This document shows, one piece after another, positions 1 to 12,170 of a stretch of DNA of 64,000 bases. The stretch spans positions 39,866,001 through 39,930,000 of the forward strand of contig NC_043014.1 of assembly GCF_006345805.1 (NCBI RefSeq). Direction: 5' to 3'. The notes below the pieces were generated by a model. That model had not been told where the DNA came from, did no database searches, and saw only the letters and a program-made list of their open reading frames with translations. The position numbers and the translations under genes were made by a program. The stretch is from Octopus sinensis. Its lineage: Eukaryota. How positions within the stretch are numbered: position 1 is the stretch's first letter; each line of letters begins with the position of its first letter.

Positions 1-182
1 CCCTATTTTTAATGATTTTTTTTTTACTGCTGTGTCGCCATTTTTCGGTGTATTTCAACCAGAGAAATGTTCACTTGAAGAGAATAACAAGTTACATAAT
101 GCAAAATTTTTAATTTTCAAAAATTCCAATTCTAAAGGGTCGGAGGGAAACAAACCTAAGCAATGCTGGGCGATACTGCTAG
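1..182 (+). mobile_element. Non-autonomous Helitron, 3' part (cut by window edge)
   Basis: Reverse complement of 15661-15840; ends in a degenerate hairpin (cctaagcaatgctggg) then ...actgCTAG|T. Confidence 0.75.
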
Positions 183-265
183 TAATTTCTATTTGTAAAC
201 CAATGATATTTTGCCACCAAAAAGTGAACCAAACTTAATCATCAGCATAAATATATTATGGTAAA

Positions 266-470
266 AGGTGGTAGGCTGGCAGAATCGTTACTCTACTGGG
301 CAAAATGCTTGGCAGCATTTCTTCTGGCTTTACAATCTAAGTTTAAAATACAACAGAGATCAACTTTGCCAATCATACTTTCAAGGTTGATAAATAAGTA
401 CCAGTTGATGACTGGAGTCAATGTAATTGACTCACCCCCAGCCCCCCAAAATTTTCCTGGCCTTGTACAA
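266..470 (+). mobile_element. SINE family C, old copy
   Basis: Degenerate match to 55550-55780 (tggcagaatcgtta...gataaataagtaccag). Confidence 0.65.
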
Positions 471-1082
471 AAAAAAAAAAAAGAAGCAATTTTAATTATA
501 TATAAATTCCAGACACATTACATACATCACTTGACAAAATGGTTGCTGTTTCCAAGTATGTGAGAGAAAAAAGGTGTGGTGCAGTCTGATATTGAAACTT
601 AAGACGTTTCCTATGACTTACAAGACATACAAAGTTAAACTTGCATGAAAGACCAAGCATTTATGGCATTAGCAGAAGGAAGTACTGTTGGGAAAGGAGG
701 AACAAGTGCAAGGCTATATAATTGTAACAAGAAAGGTCAATGCCTGTCCCCTACAAAAACACACACAGACACACACACACACCGTCAAATTGACAGCAAA
801 TGCAGAAAGATACAAGACATGGTGAGGTCAAATCTGGAAATGTAGAGCCTTACAAGGTACCACAGAGGCTTGGGCCATGTTAAAGAAGGAAGAAGATATG
901 GGATAATTTAATCCCTGTTACATGGTCATGGTTGGAGAGTTCAAGAGATCTACTCAGTTAAGGTTGACTTGTGACTAAATTAGCACAAATCCAGTTCATA
1001 AGAAGAGGTCTGATATTAAAATAAAATCTTAGTAAATGCTGCTGAAAAATATCTTCATACATAAGACATTAATATTGATCTG

Positions 1083-1296
1083 CCTTTAGCATCTAAACCA
1101 ACTGCCAGGCTCAAATATTCTTCTTGTTTTATGATCAAATCAGCCGGATCTAGCCTCTCATACTGATTCTACAATGTCATTCTAAAAATAAGCAATCATA
1201 TTTTTGAAACCTCAAAGCTATGAGATAATGCATAAATTCAAAATAATGAATAAATGTGCATTGTGTTTGACAGAGTATAATCTGAACATTAAAGGA
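1083..1296. mobile_element. piggyBac-like MITE family P2, degenerate
   Basis: Similar to 58681-58893; cctttagc...taaagga|TTAA ends. Confidence 0.55.
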
Positions 1297-1431
1297 TTAA
1301 GTCTGTAAAATTGTTAATGAATGAGAAAAATGAATAATTAGATAAACTTAATCTAGTCAATTAAAATTCAAATATTCCTGAAAATTTCAAGTCTGTAGCT
1401 TAATTTTTTAAAAAAATTCATCTGTTTGATT

Positions 1432-1831
1432 TCTTTTATTTGTTTCAGTCATTTGACTGCGGCCATGCTGGAGCACCGCCTTTAGTCGAGCAAATCGACC
1501 CAGGGACTTATTCTTTGTAAGCCCAGTACTTATTCTATCGGTCTCTTTTTGCCGAACCGCTAAGTAACAGGGACGTAAACACACCAGCATCGGTTGTCAA
1601 GCAATGCTAGGGGGACAAACACAGACACACAAACATACACACATACATATATATATATACATATATAAGACAGGCCTCTTTCAGTTCCCGTCTACCAAAT
1701 CCACTCACAAGGCATTGGTCGGCCCGGGGCTATAGCAGAAGACACTTGCCCAAGATGCCACGCAGTGGGACTGAACCTGGAACCATGTGGTTGGTTAGCA
1801 AGCTACTTATCACACAGCCACTCCTGCGCCT
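1432..1831 (-). mobile_element. tRNA-derived SINE family A
   Basis: Minus strand: A-box-like tggctgtgtg, B-box-like ggttcagtccc, internal TA/CA run, A-rich tail; near-identical to many copies in the window. Confidence 0.9.
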
Positions 1832-1912
1832 ATTTATTTTTATTTATTTCTAATTAATTAGAAAACTTGTACAACAAAAAGAAAAGACAAAGCCTATATC
1901 ATTTGTATTTAA

Positions 1913-2142
1913 CCACTCCCTCGACTTTTTTAAAACCATTTTTCTTATTAAATATTCCTGTCTTGGTTTCAATTAATTTTGACAATAATGAAAAATTCAG
2001 TAAAGATAACTTTGCCATCATTAAGCTGGTGTTTGAGAGATAACATGAAATGCTGACGAAAGCCTTTAATTTAGATAACCTTAAAACAGGAAGTCGGTGT
2101 CACAGAATCAGGGTTAGTCTCAGACAGGATGGGATCTAAAGG
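1913..2142. mobile_element. piggyBac-like MITE family P1, old copy
   Basis: TTAA on both sides; body similar to 3897-4111. Confidence 0.55.
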
Positions 2143-2417
2143 TTAATGAACAGAAGGCTTCCTTGAATCTCTTTTATTTCAGCAACATTGTGATACATAT
2201 ATAATTTGACTTCATTTCAAAACAAAATTTTTTTTAAAGGAGATACTTGAAACTGGTTTATAGTTTTATATGACAATTTATGGCTTCTAACAACAGTCCA
2301 ATAACTTAATAAAAGTTTGTAGGGCAATACATAAAAATCAACATACAAATTCGGTCAAAACAGAATTATCATTATGCTTTTCTTCTTTCTATAAATTTTT
2401 GTCCGCTTCTTTTCTTT

Positions 2418-2986
2418 GTCTTTTACTTGTTTCAGTCATTAGACTGCAGCCATGCTGGGGCCGCTGCCTTGAAGAACTTTTAGTCAAACAAATCAAACCC
2501 AGTCCTCTTTTTTTTTTTTTTTTTTTGAAGCCTGGTTTTATTCTACTAGTCTCTTTTCGCTCAACTGCTAATTTATGGGGACGTAACCATACCAACACCA
2601 GTTGTCAAGCAGTGGTGGGGAAAAAACACAGACACAAACATCTGTCTATCTAGGACAGTGGTTTTCAACCAGGGTTCCACCAGTACAGTCCAGGGGTTCC
2701 GCAAGAAGTTACAAAACTGCTAAAATCGACAGTAATTTTTAATTCTCCTGTGCAGATATGTGTGCATAAGACTATTAAATTATTGCACAGGTGTTCCTCG
2801 AGCCAGTGGAATGTTTCCTTGGGGTTCCGCTCCAGCAAAAATGTTGAAAAAGCACTGATCTAGACACACACACACTTGGCAAGCTTCTAAGGCTTTGGTC
2901 GGCTTGAGGCTATATACGACACATTGGGACTGAACCCAGAACCATGTGGTTGGGAAGCAAACTTCTTACCACACAGCCACACCTGC
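2418..2986 (-). mobile_element. SINE family A, older copy interrupted by a hAT MITE
   Basis: Diverged family A sequence on both sides of 2656-2857. Confidence 0.75.
2656..2857. mobile_element. hAT (Charlie-like) MITE
   Basis: TIRs cagtggttttcaac / gttgaaaaagcactg; flanks atctagga / atctagac resemble an 8-bp nTCTAGAn TSD. Confidence 0.8.
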
Positions 2987-2990
2987 ATTT

Positions 2991-3395
2991 ACTCTTTTAC
3001 TCTTTTACTTGTTTCAGCCATTTGACTGCGGCCATGCTGGAGCACCGCCTTTAGTCGAGCAAATCGACCCAGGGACTTATTCTTTGTAAGCCCAGTACTT
3101 ATTCCATCGGTCTTTTTTGCCGAACCGCTAAGTGACGGGGACGTAAACACACCAGTATCGGTTGTCAAGCAATGCTAGAGGGACAAACACAGACACACAA
3201 ACACACACACACACATATATATATATATACATATATACAACAGGCTTCTTTCAGTTTCCGTCAACCAAATCCACTCACAAGGCTTTGGTCGGCCCGAGGC
3301 TATAGCAGAAGACACTTGCCCAAGATGCCACGCAGTGGGACTGAATCCGGAACCATGTGGTTGGTTAGCAAGCTACTTACCACACAGCCACTCCT
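2991..3395 (-). mobile_element. SINE family A
   Basis: Full-length match to family A with (taaaagag)n tail. Confidence 0.9.
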
Positions 3396-3681
3396 TTGTT
3401 TAAATCTTTTAGATAAATACTTTTTACCTTAACTGTAAATGTCTAAGAAATGCACAGCCAGCAAGTTTATCACTAACATTTTACAACTGAGATATTGGCA
3501 AGTTAGTTGAAGATTCAGTTATAATTAACAATAACAGATTAACCCCTTTGACACTAACTGACCTGAGACCACCCTTGGTTCTAGGATACAAAGTTCCTAT
3601 TTTTAAAATGACCTTAATAAAAATAAAGACTTCCAATTAAAATTTCATGTTAATTTATGTTTCAAAACCAGCTTAATAATG

Positions 3682-3892
3682 GTCTCAAATTTCGGTACAA
3701 GGCCAGCAATTTTATAGAAGAGAGTAAGTCAATTAGATTGACCCCAGTGCTCAACTGGTACTTACTTTATTGATCCTGAAAGGATGAAAGACAAATTAGA
3801 CCTTGGTGGAATTTGAACTCAGGACATACAGATGGACAAAATACCACTAAGCATTTTGCCCAGCATGGTAACAATTCTGCCAGCTCACTGTC
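3682..3892 (-). mobile_element. SINE family C
   Basis: Matches family C core (gtacttactttattgatcctgaaaggatgaaag) and head. Confidence 0.75.
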
Positions 3893-3896
3893 TTAA

Positions 3897-4111
3897 CCCT
3901 TTCATAACCGTATTTATTTTGAGATGCTCTGTGTTTCTTTCAATTATTTCAAATATAACAAAGAATTTAGTAAGATAACTTAGTTATCATTAAGCTAGTG
4001 TTAGGAACATAAACTGTGACTAAGGTTTGGTGGAAGATTTTAATTCAATACTTATCAAAACAAGACATTTGTACTACAGAGGCGGTTTCATTCGGGTTGG
4101 TAACGAAAGGG
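3897..4111. mobile_element. piggyBac-like MITE family P1
   Basis: TTAA|CCCTTTC...GAAAGGG|TTAA; close copy at 18959-19174. Confidence 0.85.
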
Positions 4112-4380
4112 TTAAACCAGCTTGATGATGATAAAGTTATATTAATAAATTCTTAATTATTTTCAAAATTAACTGAAACAAAGGTAGTGTCTCCACAGAA
4201 ATATGGCAGTAAAAAGGTTAAGGGAAATAGTAGAATCAATAAACAGCGCAGAGTAAAAGATACATATTGATTACTTGAATAAATAAAAGATTGAACAATA
4301 TGCACTGAGTGATTATAGACTAATCCTCTTAAGTTAGACATTTTGTGTAAAATCCAAAAATTGTTAGCAATTTTAATTTT

Positions 4381-4770
4381 ACTCTTTACTCTTTTACTTG
4401 TTTCAGTCATTTGACTGTGGCCATGCTGGAGCACCGCCTTTTAGTCGAGCAAATCGACCCCGGGACTTATTCTTTGTAAGCCCAGTACTTATTCTATTGG
4501 TCTCTTTTGCCGAACCGCTAAGTGACGGGGACGTAAACACACCAGCATCGGTTGTCAAGCAATGCTAGGGGGACAAACACAAACACACATATATATATAC
4601 ATATATACGACAGGCTTCTTTTAGTTTCCGTCTACCAAATCCACTCACAAGGCATTGGTCGGCCCGGGGCTATAGCAGAAGACACTTGCCCAAGATGCCA
4701 TGCAGTGAGACTGAACCTGGAACCATGTGGTTGGTTAGCAAGCTACTTACCACACAGCCACTCCTGCGCC
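4381..4770 (-). mobile_element. SINE family A
   Basis: Full-length match to family A. Confidence 0.9.
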
Positions 4771-5670
4771 TTTTTTTTTTTTATCCTGTGAAGTTTGGAT
4801 TTCAATTTGAGTTGAAATATTTTTTTCATTTTACTTTCTACGGTCTTTTGTTTCAAATGCAGGCAATTTAATAGACCCCACGTACTTGATAGTATTTCAC
4901 CAATGTTGGGTGGATGGCAGGCAAAGTCAACATTGGCAGGAACTGAACTCAGGAACATGAAAGTAATCTTAACAGCAAAGCTGCAGAGAAAAAAAACGCC
5001 CCCACCAAAGAACCCCCCCCCCCCCCCCAAAAAAAACCTACCGGATGCTGATATTAAGAAAAAAAAAATAATAGAAAACTTACAAGGTAACATGAAACTG
5101 GATTCAGGTGAGTTTGTCAAGAGAGATAAATAAATAAACCAATTCTAAAATAGATATGATATCCCATTCTGAAAGGCTCATTAAAAAAACGAGTCTAGCA
5201 ATTATAACCCATATGCCTCCTGCCTGTAAAATAATAAAAAAAATAAAGTGACAAGCTCCTAGCCATCTGTATCTATGACCCAGATTTGATTCCCAGTCAG
5301 TAACTATTTCACTTGACTAATTCCTCCCAATTTCCTCACCCACTGATATTGATAGAGGCTCACCTAACTTGCTATCATAAATATTCTTGCTTACACAGAA
5401 TAGTCGAGGTCAAATGCATTTGCTCCACAAAATTTACCTAATATATCTAATACTTATTTAGTTGCACAAGCTCTATTTGTTGACCAAGTTGGCCCTTAGG
5501 TCACCATATTTCAATTGAAATACACCCCCATTATTTTATTATTTCAATTAATTTTGGAAATAATGAAAATATATAGTAAAATAACTTTGCTGTTATTAAA
5601 CCGACATTTGAAACACAAATTAGCAGGAAATTTTGAAGGGAAATTTTTTACTTATTCTTCTATTCTTTTT

Positions 5671-6046
5671 ATTCTTTTACTTGTTTCAGTCATTTGACTG
5701 TGGCCATGCTGGAGCACCGCCTTTAGTCGAGCAAATCGACCCCAGGACTTATTCTTTGTAAGCCCGGTACTTATTCTATCGGTCTCTTTTGCCGAACAGC
5801 TAAGTGACGGGGACGTAAACATACCAGCATCGGTTGTCAAGCAACGCTAGGGAGACAAACACAGACATACAAACACACACACATATACGACAGGCTTCTT
5901 TCAGTTTCCGTCTACCAAATCCACTCACAAGGCATTGGTCAACCCAAGGCTATAGCAGAAGACACTTGCCCAAGATGCCACACAGTGGGACTGAACCCGG
6001 AATCATGTGGTTGGTTTGCAAGCTACTTACCACACAGCCACTCCTG
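5671..6046 (-). mobile_element. SINE family A, inserted in a decayed P1 MITE (~5494-6099)
   Basis: Full-length match; P1-like sequence on both flanks ending gggTTAA. Confidence 0.88.
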
Positions 6047-6213
6047 GATCACTTAAAAAAAAAAAAAGCTTGTACCCTAGAATCAAGGGCTGTCATGGGT
6101 TAAACATGAACAACACACGACAAATCAATAACTAACAATGAACTAACTAGATTTATTCTTTACATAAAAAAAGTGAATTTTTCTTAATTCAAATAATTCA
6201 CTAAACTACATCA

Positions 6214-6470
6214 GTAAAGGTAAAGTTACCTTCTTGAGTCATGGCGGTTCATAAGGGCTGGTTTCCCAGTTTCATGGCATATGTATCCCCCACCTGGACA
6301 GGAAACCCGTCTGTTGCAGGATTACTAATTTTTGCCAGCTGAGTGGACTGGGGCAATGTGAAATGAAGTGTTTTGCTCAAAAACACAATGCATTGCCTGG
6401 TACAGGAATTGTAACCACAATCTTACAATTGGGAGTCCAACACTCTAACCACTAAGCTATGTGCCTCCAC
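6214..6470 (-). mobile_element. tRNA-derived SINE group D
   Basis: Minus strand gtggaggcacatagcttagtggttag head; ccagtccactcagctggcaaaaa core shared with other D copies. Confidence 0.75.
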
Positions 6471-6494
6471 AAACTACATCAATAGCACTAACTA

Positions 6495-6828
6495 TTTACT
6501 TATTAAAGCCCTTCACTCCCTAAAGAGCATGGGCCCTCAATGACCTTTCTTCAATGTTCTCAACTCTGGATTGACTTTTCTGTTTTCTCCCAGATTATGT
6601 TCGTTTTGAATTGTCATTAATGCTTCTGTAACTCTGCCTTTTTACTAGGTAGGGGTGTTGGCCTTACATAAGCGCATTGTTACCTCAAGAAAGAGGTGGT
6701 CCATGTTAGACTAGCCTCTATCCTTTGACCTGTCTAGCATGGCAGACCCCACTACAAGTTCCTGCTCTACAGCCACAGCTCTCAGGGTTACTAAGACACA
6801 CAAGTCACAACCACACTACAACAAGGAC
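6495..6828 (-). mobile_element. Bipartite non-autonomous RTE-derived element (5' UTR plus 3' end)
   Basis: Minus strand starts ccttgttgtagtg...accctgagagctgtg...catgctagacaggtcaaagg, resembling RTE/BovB-type 5' UTRs; ends ggcccatgctc...ggagtgaagggc. Confidence 0.5.
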
Positions 6829-6916
6829 TGGACTTTATGGCATGCCAACAGCACTGGCACTAGAACCTATTTATCAAATTTAATTTTTAAAAAAATAAAT
6901 AATAATAATAATATCT

Positions 6917-7350
6917 ACTTCTTCTTCTGCTGCTGCTGCTATCTGCTGTAGGTCGATGTTCTCTGTTCTTGTTCAGAAATCATCTCTATCGAGCTCACAC
7001 ATGTCCTACAAGGCCTACTCTTGATTTGCAGCAACGATGCCATCCGTTGCAGGTGGAGTTACTTGATGAAATCGAGAAATGAAACCTCTCATGTGCTTTC
7101 ATATTCGCCCTGTTGTTTCTCCTCAATGGCTGAAATTACAAGCTTCAGCTATCAGTGCCATTTATTGCACTGCAGGGCCTTTGCCTCCCAAGCATCTGGG
7201 GACATACTGGAGTTCTTCATGTCTCTTCAGCACATCTCTGTGTCACAACTTCTGGTCTTATGGCTCCAACTATTCTGATGCAGTTCAGCATAGAAAACTG
7301 CCTTTGGAAGCCTGTCACCCTCCATCCTGAAAACATGTCCCATCCAGTGC
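6917..7350 (-). pseudogene. RTE-clade LINE ORF C-terminal fragment, decayed
   Basis: Minus-strand translation with frameshifts: HVFRMEGDRLPKAVFYAEL...DVLKRH...WEAKA...CCKSRVGLVGH (RTE C-terminal Zn-finger-like); (gca)n(gaa)n tail. Confidence 0.75.
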
Positions 7351-7672
7351 AAAAATATACACACTAGTTGTAATCATCGATTTAATATACTGTCACTGAA
7401 GAAATTTATACAATCTTATTCAGTTTATATTTTTGCTAGATATTTCTCTAAATTTATTATGGTTCCATCTCTACAGCAAAAGCATTAAATTAATCATAGA
7501 TTTAAGTTTAGTGAATACCTCCAAAAATTAATTAATTCATTTTAAGGATTTAACTATCAAAGAATTACTTTTAACCCTTCGGTATTTAAGCTAACCATTA
7601 ACAGCCTAAAATATTCTACCTGTTTTACATTCAGACCAGTCAAATCCAGCCTTCACACCTACCCTACAATAC

Positions 7673-7883
7673 TGGCTTCAAATTTTGGCACAAGACCATG
7701 AAGTTCGAAGGAGGGGGTGAGTCGATTGCAGTGACCTCAGGGTTCAACTGGTGCTTATTTTATCAACCTCAAAAGATGAAAAGCAAAGTCAGCCCCAGTA
7801 GAATTTGAACTCAGAACGTGAAGACGGATGAAATGCCGCTAAGCATTTTGCCTAGTGTGCTAACAATTCTGCCAGCTCACCAC
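7673..7883 (-). mobile_element. SINE family C
   Basis: Family C match; imperfect TSD cttcacacctaccctaca / cttcaccttaccctaca. Confidence 0.75.
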
Positions 7884-7951
7884 CTTCACCTTACCCTACA
7901 CTATTATTCTAAAAATAAACAATCATATCATCAAAATATCAAAGCCACAAG

Positions 7952-8395
7952 ACATCATCATCATTTAACATCTGTTTTCCATGCTAGCATGGATTGGACA
8001 GTTTGACTGGGGTCTGGTAAGCCATGGAGGCTGCACCAGGCTCCAGTCTGATTTGGCAGTGTTTCTACAGCTGGATGCCCTTCCTAACACCAACCACTCC
8101 GTGAGTGTAGTGGGTGTTTCTTACGTGCCACCTGCACAGGAGCCAGAGCAAGCTGGCAAACGGCCATGATCAGATGGTGCTTTTTACGTGTCACTGACAC
8201 GGATGCCAGTCGGCGACGCTAGTAACTGCCACGCTCGAATGGTGCTTTTACGTGTCACCAGCATGGGTGTCTTAACGAACTTGACTCAACAGGTCTCCTC
8301 AAGAACAGCGGGTTACTCTACGATCCAAGGTTAGCACAGCAGGCCATCCTGCGAGCCATGAACTCACTGCATTTGTCGGGTCTTCGAAGTCAAAG
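7952..8395 (-). mobile_element. RTE-tailed element family B
   Basis: (cat)n tail at left; ctacagctggatgcccttcctaa core; repeated ggtgctttttacgtg modules. Confidence 0.85.
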
Positions 8396-9103
8396 CAATG
8401 TGAATAAATAAGCATTACATTTAAAAGAGTAATCCGAATGCTAAAGGGTTAAATAGCCATAGTGAAAGAAAATGGCAAGTGTGTGGTTGCGCATGTATGC
8501 GCGCGCGCACGTGAGCACCCGCATGCTATAACTTGGCAGCAGGCTCAGATGTAACATTCCTCAAAAGATCTCGTGTTTATTTCTAACAGTTAACTGACAC
8601 ATGTGGACTTCAATGCCCCTGTTCAGAGACAAACTAGAACTTCTGAAATGGGATTATATGAATGTGTAACTTGTAGTCTCCTTTTTTTTTAATCCATTAT
8701 TTGTCCTTTACATTCAATTTTACGATTATTAGATAGATAATGTACATAACTTCTCTCCAACATAATCCTCCCATAAAAAAAATTTAAAAATTAGGTATTT
8801 AGGTTTCAAAAACAATTTTGTTTGTTTACTTGTTTGTTTGCTGTAGGTTTTTAATCTGGTATTTAGAAATTAATGAGATAGAAAGTCAAATTGTTTTTAA
8901 TCAATAATGCTGCTTAATAATAAATTCAAAGCAGAAAAAGGATAAAAATAAAAAAATTTAAAAAAGCCCCAGCAAAAACACACCCAACCCTTTTTGAAAT
9001 TCAATTTTTTGTAAGCATGTTACTTGGATTTAGCATGCACAAGTTACAAGCTATAGGAAAAACAAAGAGTTATTATGCATAAAATATGCTTTAGTAAAAA
9101 TGT

Positions 9104-9107
<4 letters not shown>

Positions 9108-9142
<35 letters not shown>
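9108..9142. repeat. (GA)n microsatellite
   Basis: Direct observation. Confidence 0.95.
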
Positions 9143-9144
<2 letters not shown>

Positions 9145-9339
9145 CATTACAGAGGGTTGCAGGCTCTGGGGAGAGAGTAAGAATAAAAAGCGAGTGGGAA
9201 TAAGTCTGCAGGGAGATGCATCTAGCTTGTTCAGATGTCACAGTTAGAATTCAAACCCCGATTCCTTTCAGGTTAGTTTGCAACATGATAAGAAGGGCTT
9301 CATTCAGTATCTACAATAATGTAATTATCAAATTGAACT

Positions 9340-9680
9340 TAAACCATGTGGTTTCAGGTTCAATTCCACACTGCGTTCCACACTGGTTAAGTGTCTTCTA
9401 CTATAGCCCTGGGCTGACCAATGCTTTTGTGAGTGACATTGGTAGATGGAAACTGTGTGGAAGCCCTGTGTGTGTGTGGTGTGTGTGTGTGTGTGGTCAG
9501 GGCTTTGTCACCACCACAACTTGGCAGTCTAGCAAACAAGACTGATACAATAAGTACCACAAAAAAAAAAAAACTTAAGTACTAAGGTTGATTTATTTGA
9601 TTAAAAAAGCCTTCAAGATGATGCTCCAACATGACCACAGTCCAATGACTGAAACAAGTAAAAGACAACAGATAAAAGAA
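9340..9680 (+). mobile_element. SINE family A, old 5'-truncated copy
   Basis: Diverged family A sequence ending actgaaacaagtaaaag. Confidence 0.7.
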
Positions 9681-9774
9681 AGATAAATCTATGTATAAAA
9701 ACCTGGTTCCCAGGTAAAATAACAGATCCTATAGAAACATCCATAATACATACAATGAAAAGTATTCTAGTATC

Positions 9775-10187
9775 CTTCGTGTCCGATGGCATCACTTTGT
9801 CTCCAACAATTCGGTGCGACACCAGTGCAAATCACCTCCCTCCGACAAGTCATCCTAACGAGACGTCTGCATTGGGTGGGTCATGCCCTCCGTCGTCAAC
9901 CAGGAGAATTCATCTACGAAGCAATTGTCCCAGCTCCCCTTCAGGGTTGGCGAAGCGATGTGGTGGACAATGAAAAACCTGGCTGATGACAGTCAAGGCT
10001 GATCTGGAACCCAACCTAGGACTCCATATCTACGGCGTTCGCCACTGGAATAAGGAGTGGTTGGAGATCACGCGGTTGTTAGCCTCAAATCGCCAGGTCT
10101 GGTTGGCATTTGTGAGAGATGCAGCATTGAGGATGAATGAAGCCAGCTCAACCCACCCTGGGTGAATGCTGTCAAGTCAGTCAGTCA
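9775..10187 (+). pseudogene. RTE-clade LINE 3' fragment
   Basis: TRRLHWVGHALRRQPGE...GGQ*KTW...LASNRQVW with frameshifts; (gtca)n tail; second copy at 46775-47168. Confidence 0.8.
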
Positions 10188-10995
10188 TTCTAGTTGGACC
10201 CTGAGAGACCTTTAAGAACTGAAATATGTCACTTGACAGTACTGACTCTAGAAAGACCCACAAGAACAATCTTCAAGGAAATATCCCTGTAGTGTGCATA
10301 TGTAACCGATCCTACATTTATCTGGAGGTTTGGTCAAATCTCAAACCACCAGCCCAATTTTAATTTACATACTCCAGTTTAAAACGGGAGGAAAATGTAA
10401 TAAGAGCACTTCCTAAAGGAGACTGAATGTATTCCTCCTCTCACTCCTTAATACTTTAGAGCGATAAGATGAAAAAAAAAAAAGCTTAGGGAAGAATCTA
10501 CATGTTACAAAAAAAAAAAAACCTAAAACGTGCTGTAAATAGCTACACACACAGAACCCCACCCCCTATGTTTTAGACTTTCAGAACAGAGTATTTCTAC
10601 TTTATCTTTTTATAACATAATTTTCTCAAACTTATCTAATCTGTCTTAGTTTTCCCAATGGAGATATATTATACAAGTTGTGAATTTCAAGGATTAGCTC
10701 AGATTCATAAAGGTTGTCTCCTCATGTATTGCAAGGCTTAAAGCTTTCTGATTTTCATGTTTTCTAATCTGATATCACATAACTAACTGATTAGAGTTAT
10801 GATATTTGAGCTGCATTCTCCCAGCTTCTCTGTGCTTAGTATAATAATTAGTTTCTTTAGTAATTATTTGCAGACACACCATTTAATACACTTCTTTTCC
10901 ATGCAGATTTTCAAATTTCTTAATGTTAAACACTTTGGAACTCTATATCTACAACTCGCAAAATATTTAATATACAGCATTTTAAATTTAAACTT

Positions 10996-11407
10996 ACTCT
11001 TTTACTCGTTTCAGTCATTTGACTGCGGCCATGCTGGAGTACTGCCTTTAGTCGAGCAAATCGACCCAAGGACTTATTCTTTGTAAGCCTAGTACTTATT
11101 CTATCGGTCTCTTTTGCCGAATCGCTAAGTTTCGGGGACGTAAACACACCACCATCGGTTGTCAAGCGATGTTGTGGGGACAAACACAAACATATAAAAA
11201 ACACACACACATACATATATATATATAAATATATATTTATATATATGACGGACTTCTTTCAGTTTCCGTCTACCAAATCCACTCACAAGGTTTTGGTCGG
11301 CCCGAGGCTATAGTAGAAGACACTTGCCCAAAGTGCCACACAGTGGGGATGAACCCGGAACCATGTGGTTGGTAAGCAAGCTACTTACTACACAGCCACT
11401 CCTGCGT
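10996..11407 (-). mobile_element. SINE family A
   Basis: Full-length match to family A. Confidence 0.9.
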
Positions 11408-11539
11408 CTAGCCATAAAGCTTAATGAACTCTGTTTATTCTCTATTAGAAACAAGAAAAGCAGTCATTGTATAAATACTGCAGGTGCATATGTAGAAACT
11501 GCACTAATAAAAAAGTCAAGAAAACAATATATGGGAGTT

Positions 11540-11865
11540 ACTGGTACGCTGTTGGTTACGACACAAGGGTTCCAGCTGAGCCAATCAACAGATATGCCAG
11601 CCTGTGAAATTAACAAGCAAGTGGCCGAGTACTCCATAAACAAACATACCTTTAAAGTAGTTTTCAAGGAGATTCAGTCTGACACAGAATGTGACAAAGC
11701 TGGCCCTTTGACTGATAAGTACAACTCATTTTTGCCAGCTGAGTGGACTGGAGCAATGTGAAATAAAGGGTCTTGCTCAAGGACACGACACGCTACTGGG
11801 TATCAAACTCATGACTTTATGATCATGTGCCGAATACCCTAACCACTTAGTCATGCGCATTCATG
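11540..11865 (-). mobile_element. SINE group D (long-tail subfamily)
   Basis: gccagctgagtggactggagc core; paralog at 43490-43790. Confidence 0.75.
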
Positions 11866-12019
11866 GTATGAGAGTAGAGTAAGAGTAAAGAGTCAAATCA
11901 TTAATTGAAGTGACTCCTAAATGGTGATATGTAGAACTATATTAAATTACAAGCAAGCAAGCAAGCAATAAACTTAGAATAACTGCAAAGTCACAGTTAA
12001 ATAAGTGAACTATTTAACA

Positions 12020-12170
12020 GTGGAGGCACATGGCTTAGTGGTTAGGGTGTTGGACTCATGATTGTAAGCTTGTAGTTTCAATTCCTGGACTGTACAATGT
12101 CTGGTGTTCTTGAGCAAAACACTTCATTTCACATAGCTTTAGTTCACTCAGTTAGCAAAAATGAGTAACT
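12020..12170 (+). mobile_element. SINE group D, 5' half
   Basis: gtggaggcacatggcttagtggttag A-box-like head and core. Confidence 0.7.

Larger units (their letters stand above)
3543..4217. mobile_element. piggyBac-like MITE P1 (old) hosting a SINE C and a younger P1 MITE
   Basis: TTAA|cccc...aagg|TTAA; the two outer parts match the reverse complement of 1913-2142. Confidence 0.6.
7575..8448. mobile_element. piggyBac-like MITE P2 hosting two SINEs
   Basis: TTAA|CCCTT...AAGGG|TTAA; outer pieces match 58681-58893. Confidence 0.75.

Noticed and set aside
5078-5250. Minus-strand coding exon (strong acceptor near 5224, donor near 5081)
   Set aside because: Stops in all three frames; cannot be supported without transcript data.
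11324-11761. Recurrent ORFs such as MPKVPHSG..PGTMWLVSKLLTTQPLL suggesting a gene family
   Set aside because: Antisense readings of SINE A; starts, stops and frames vary among copies.
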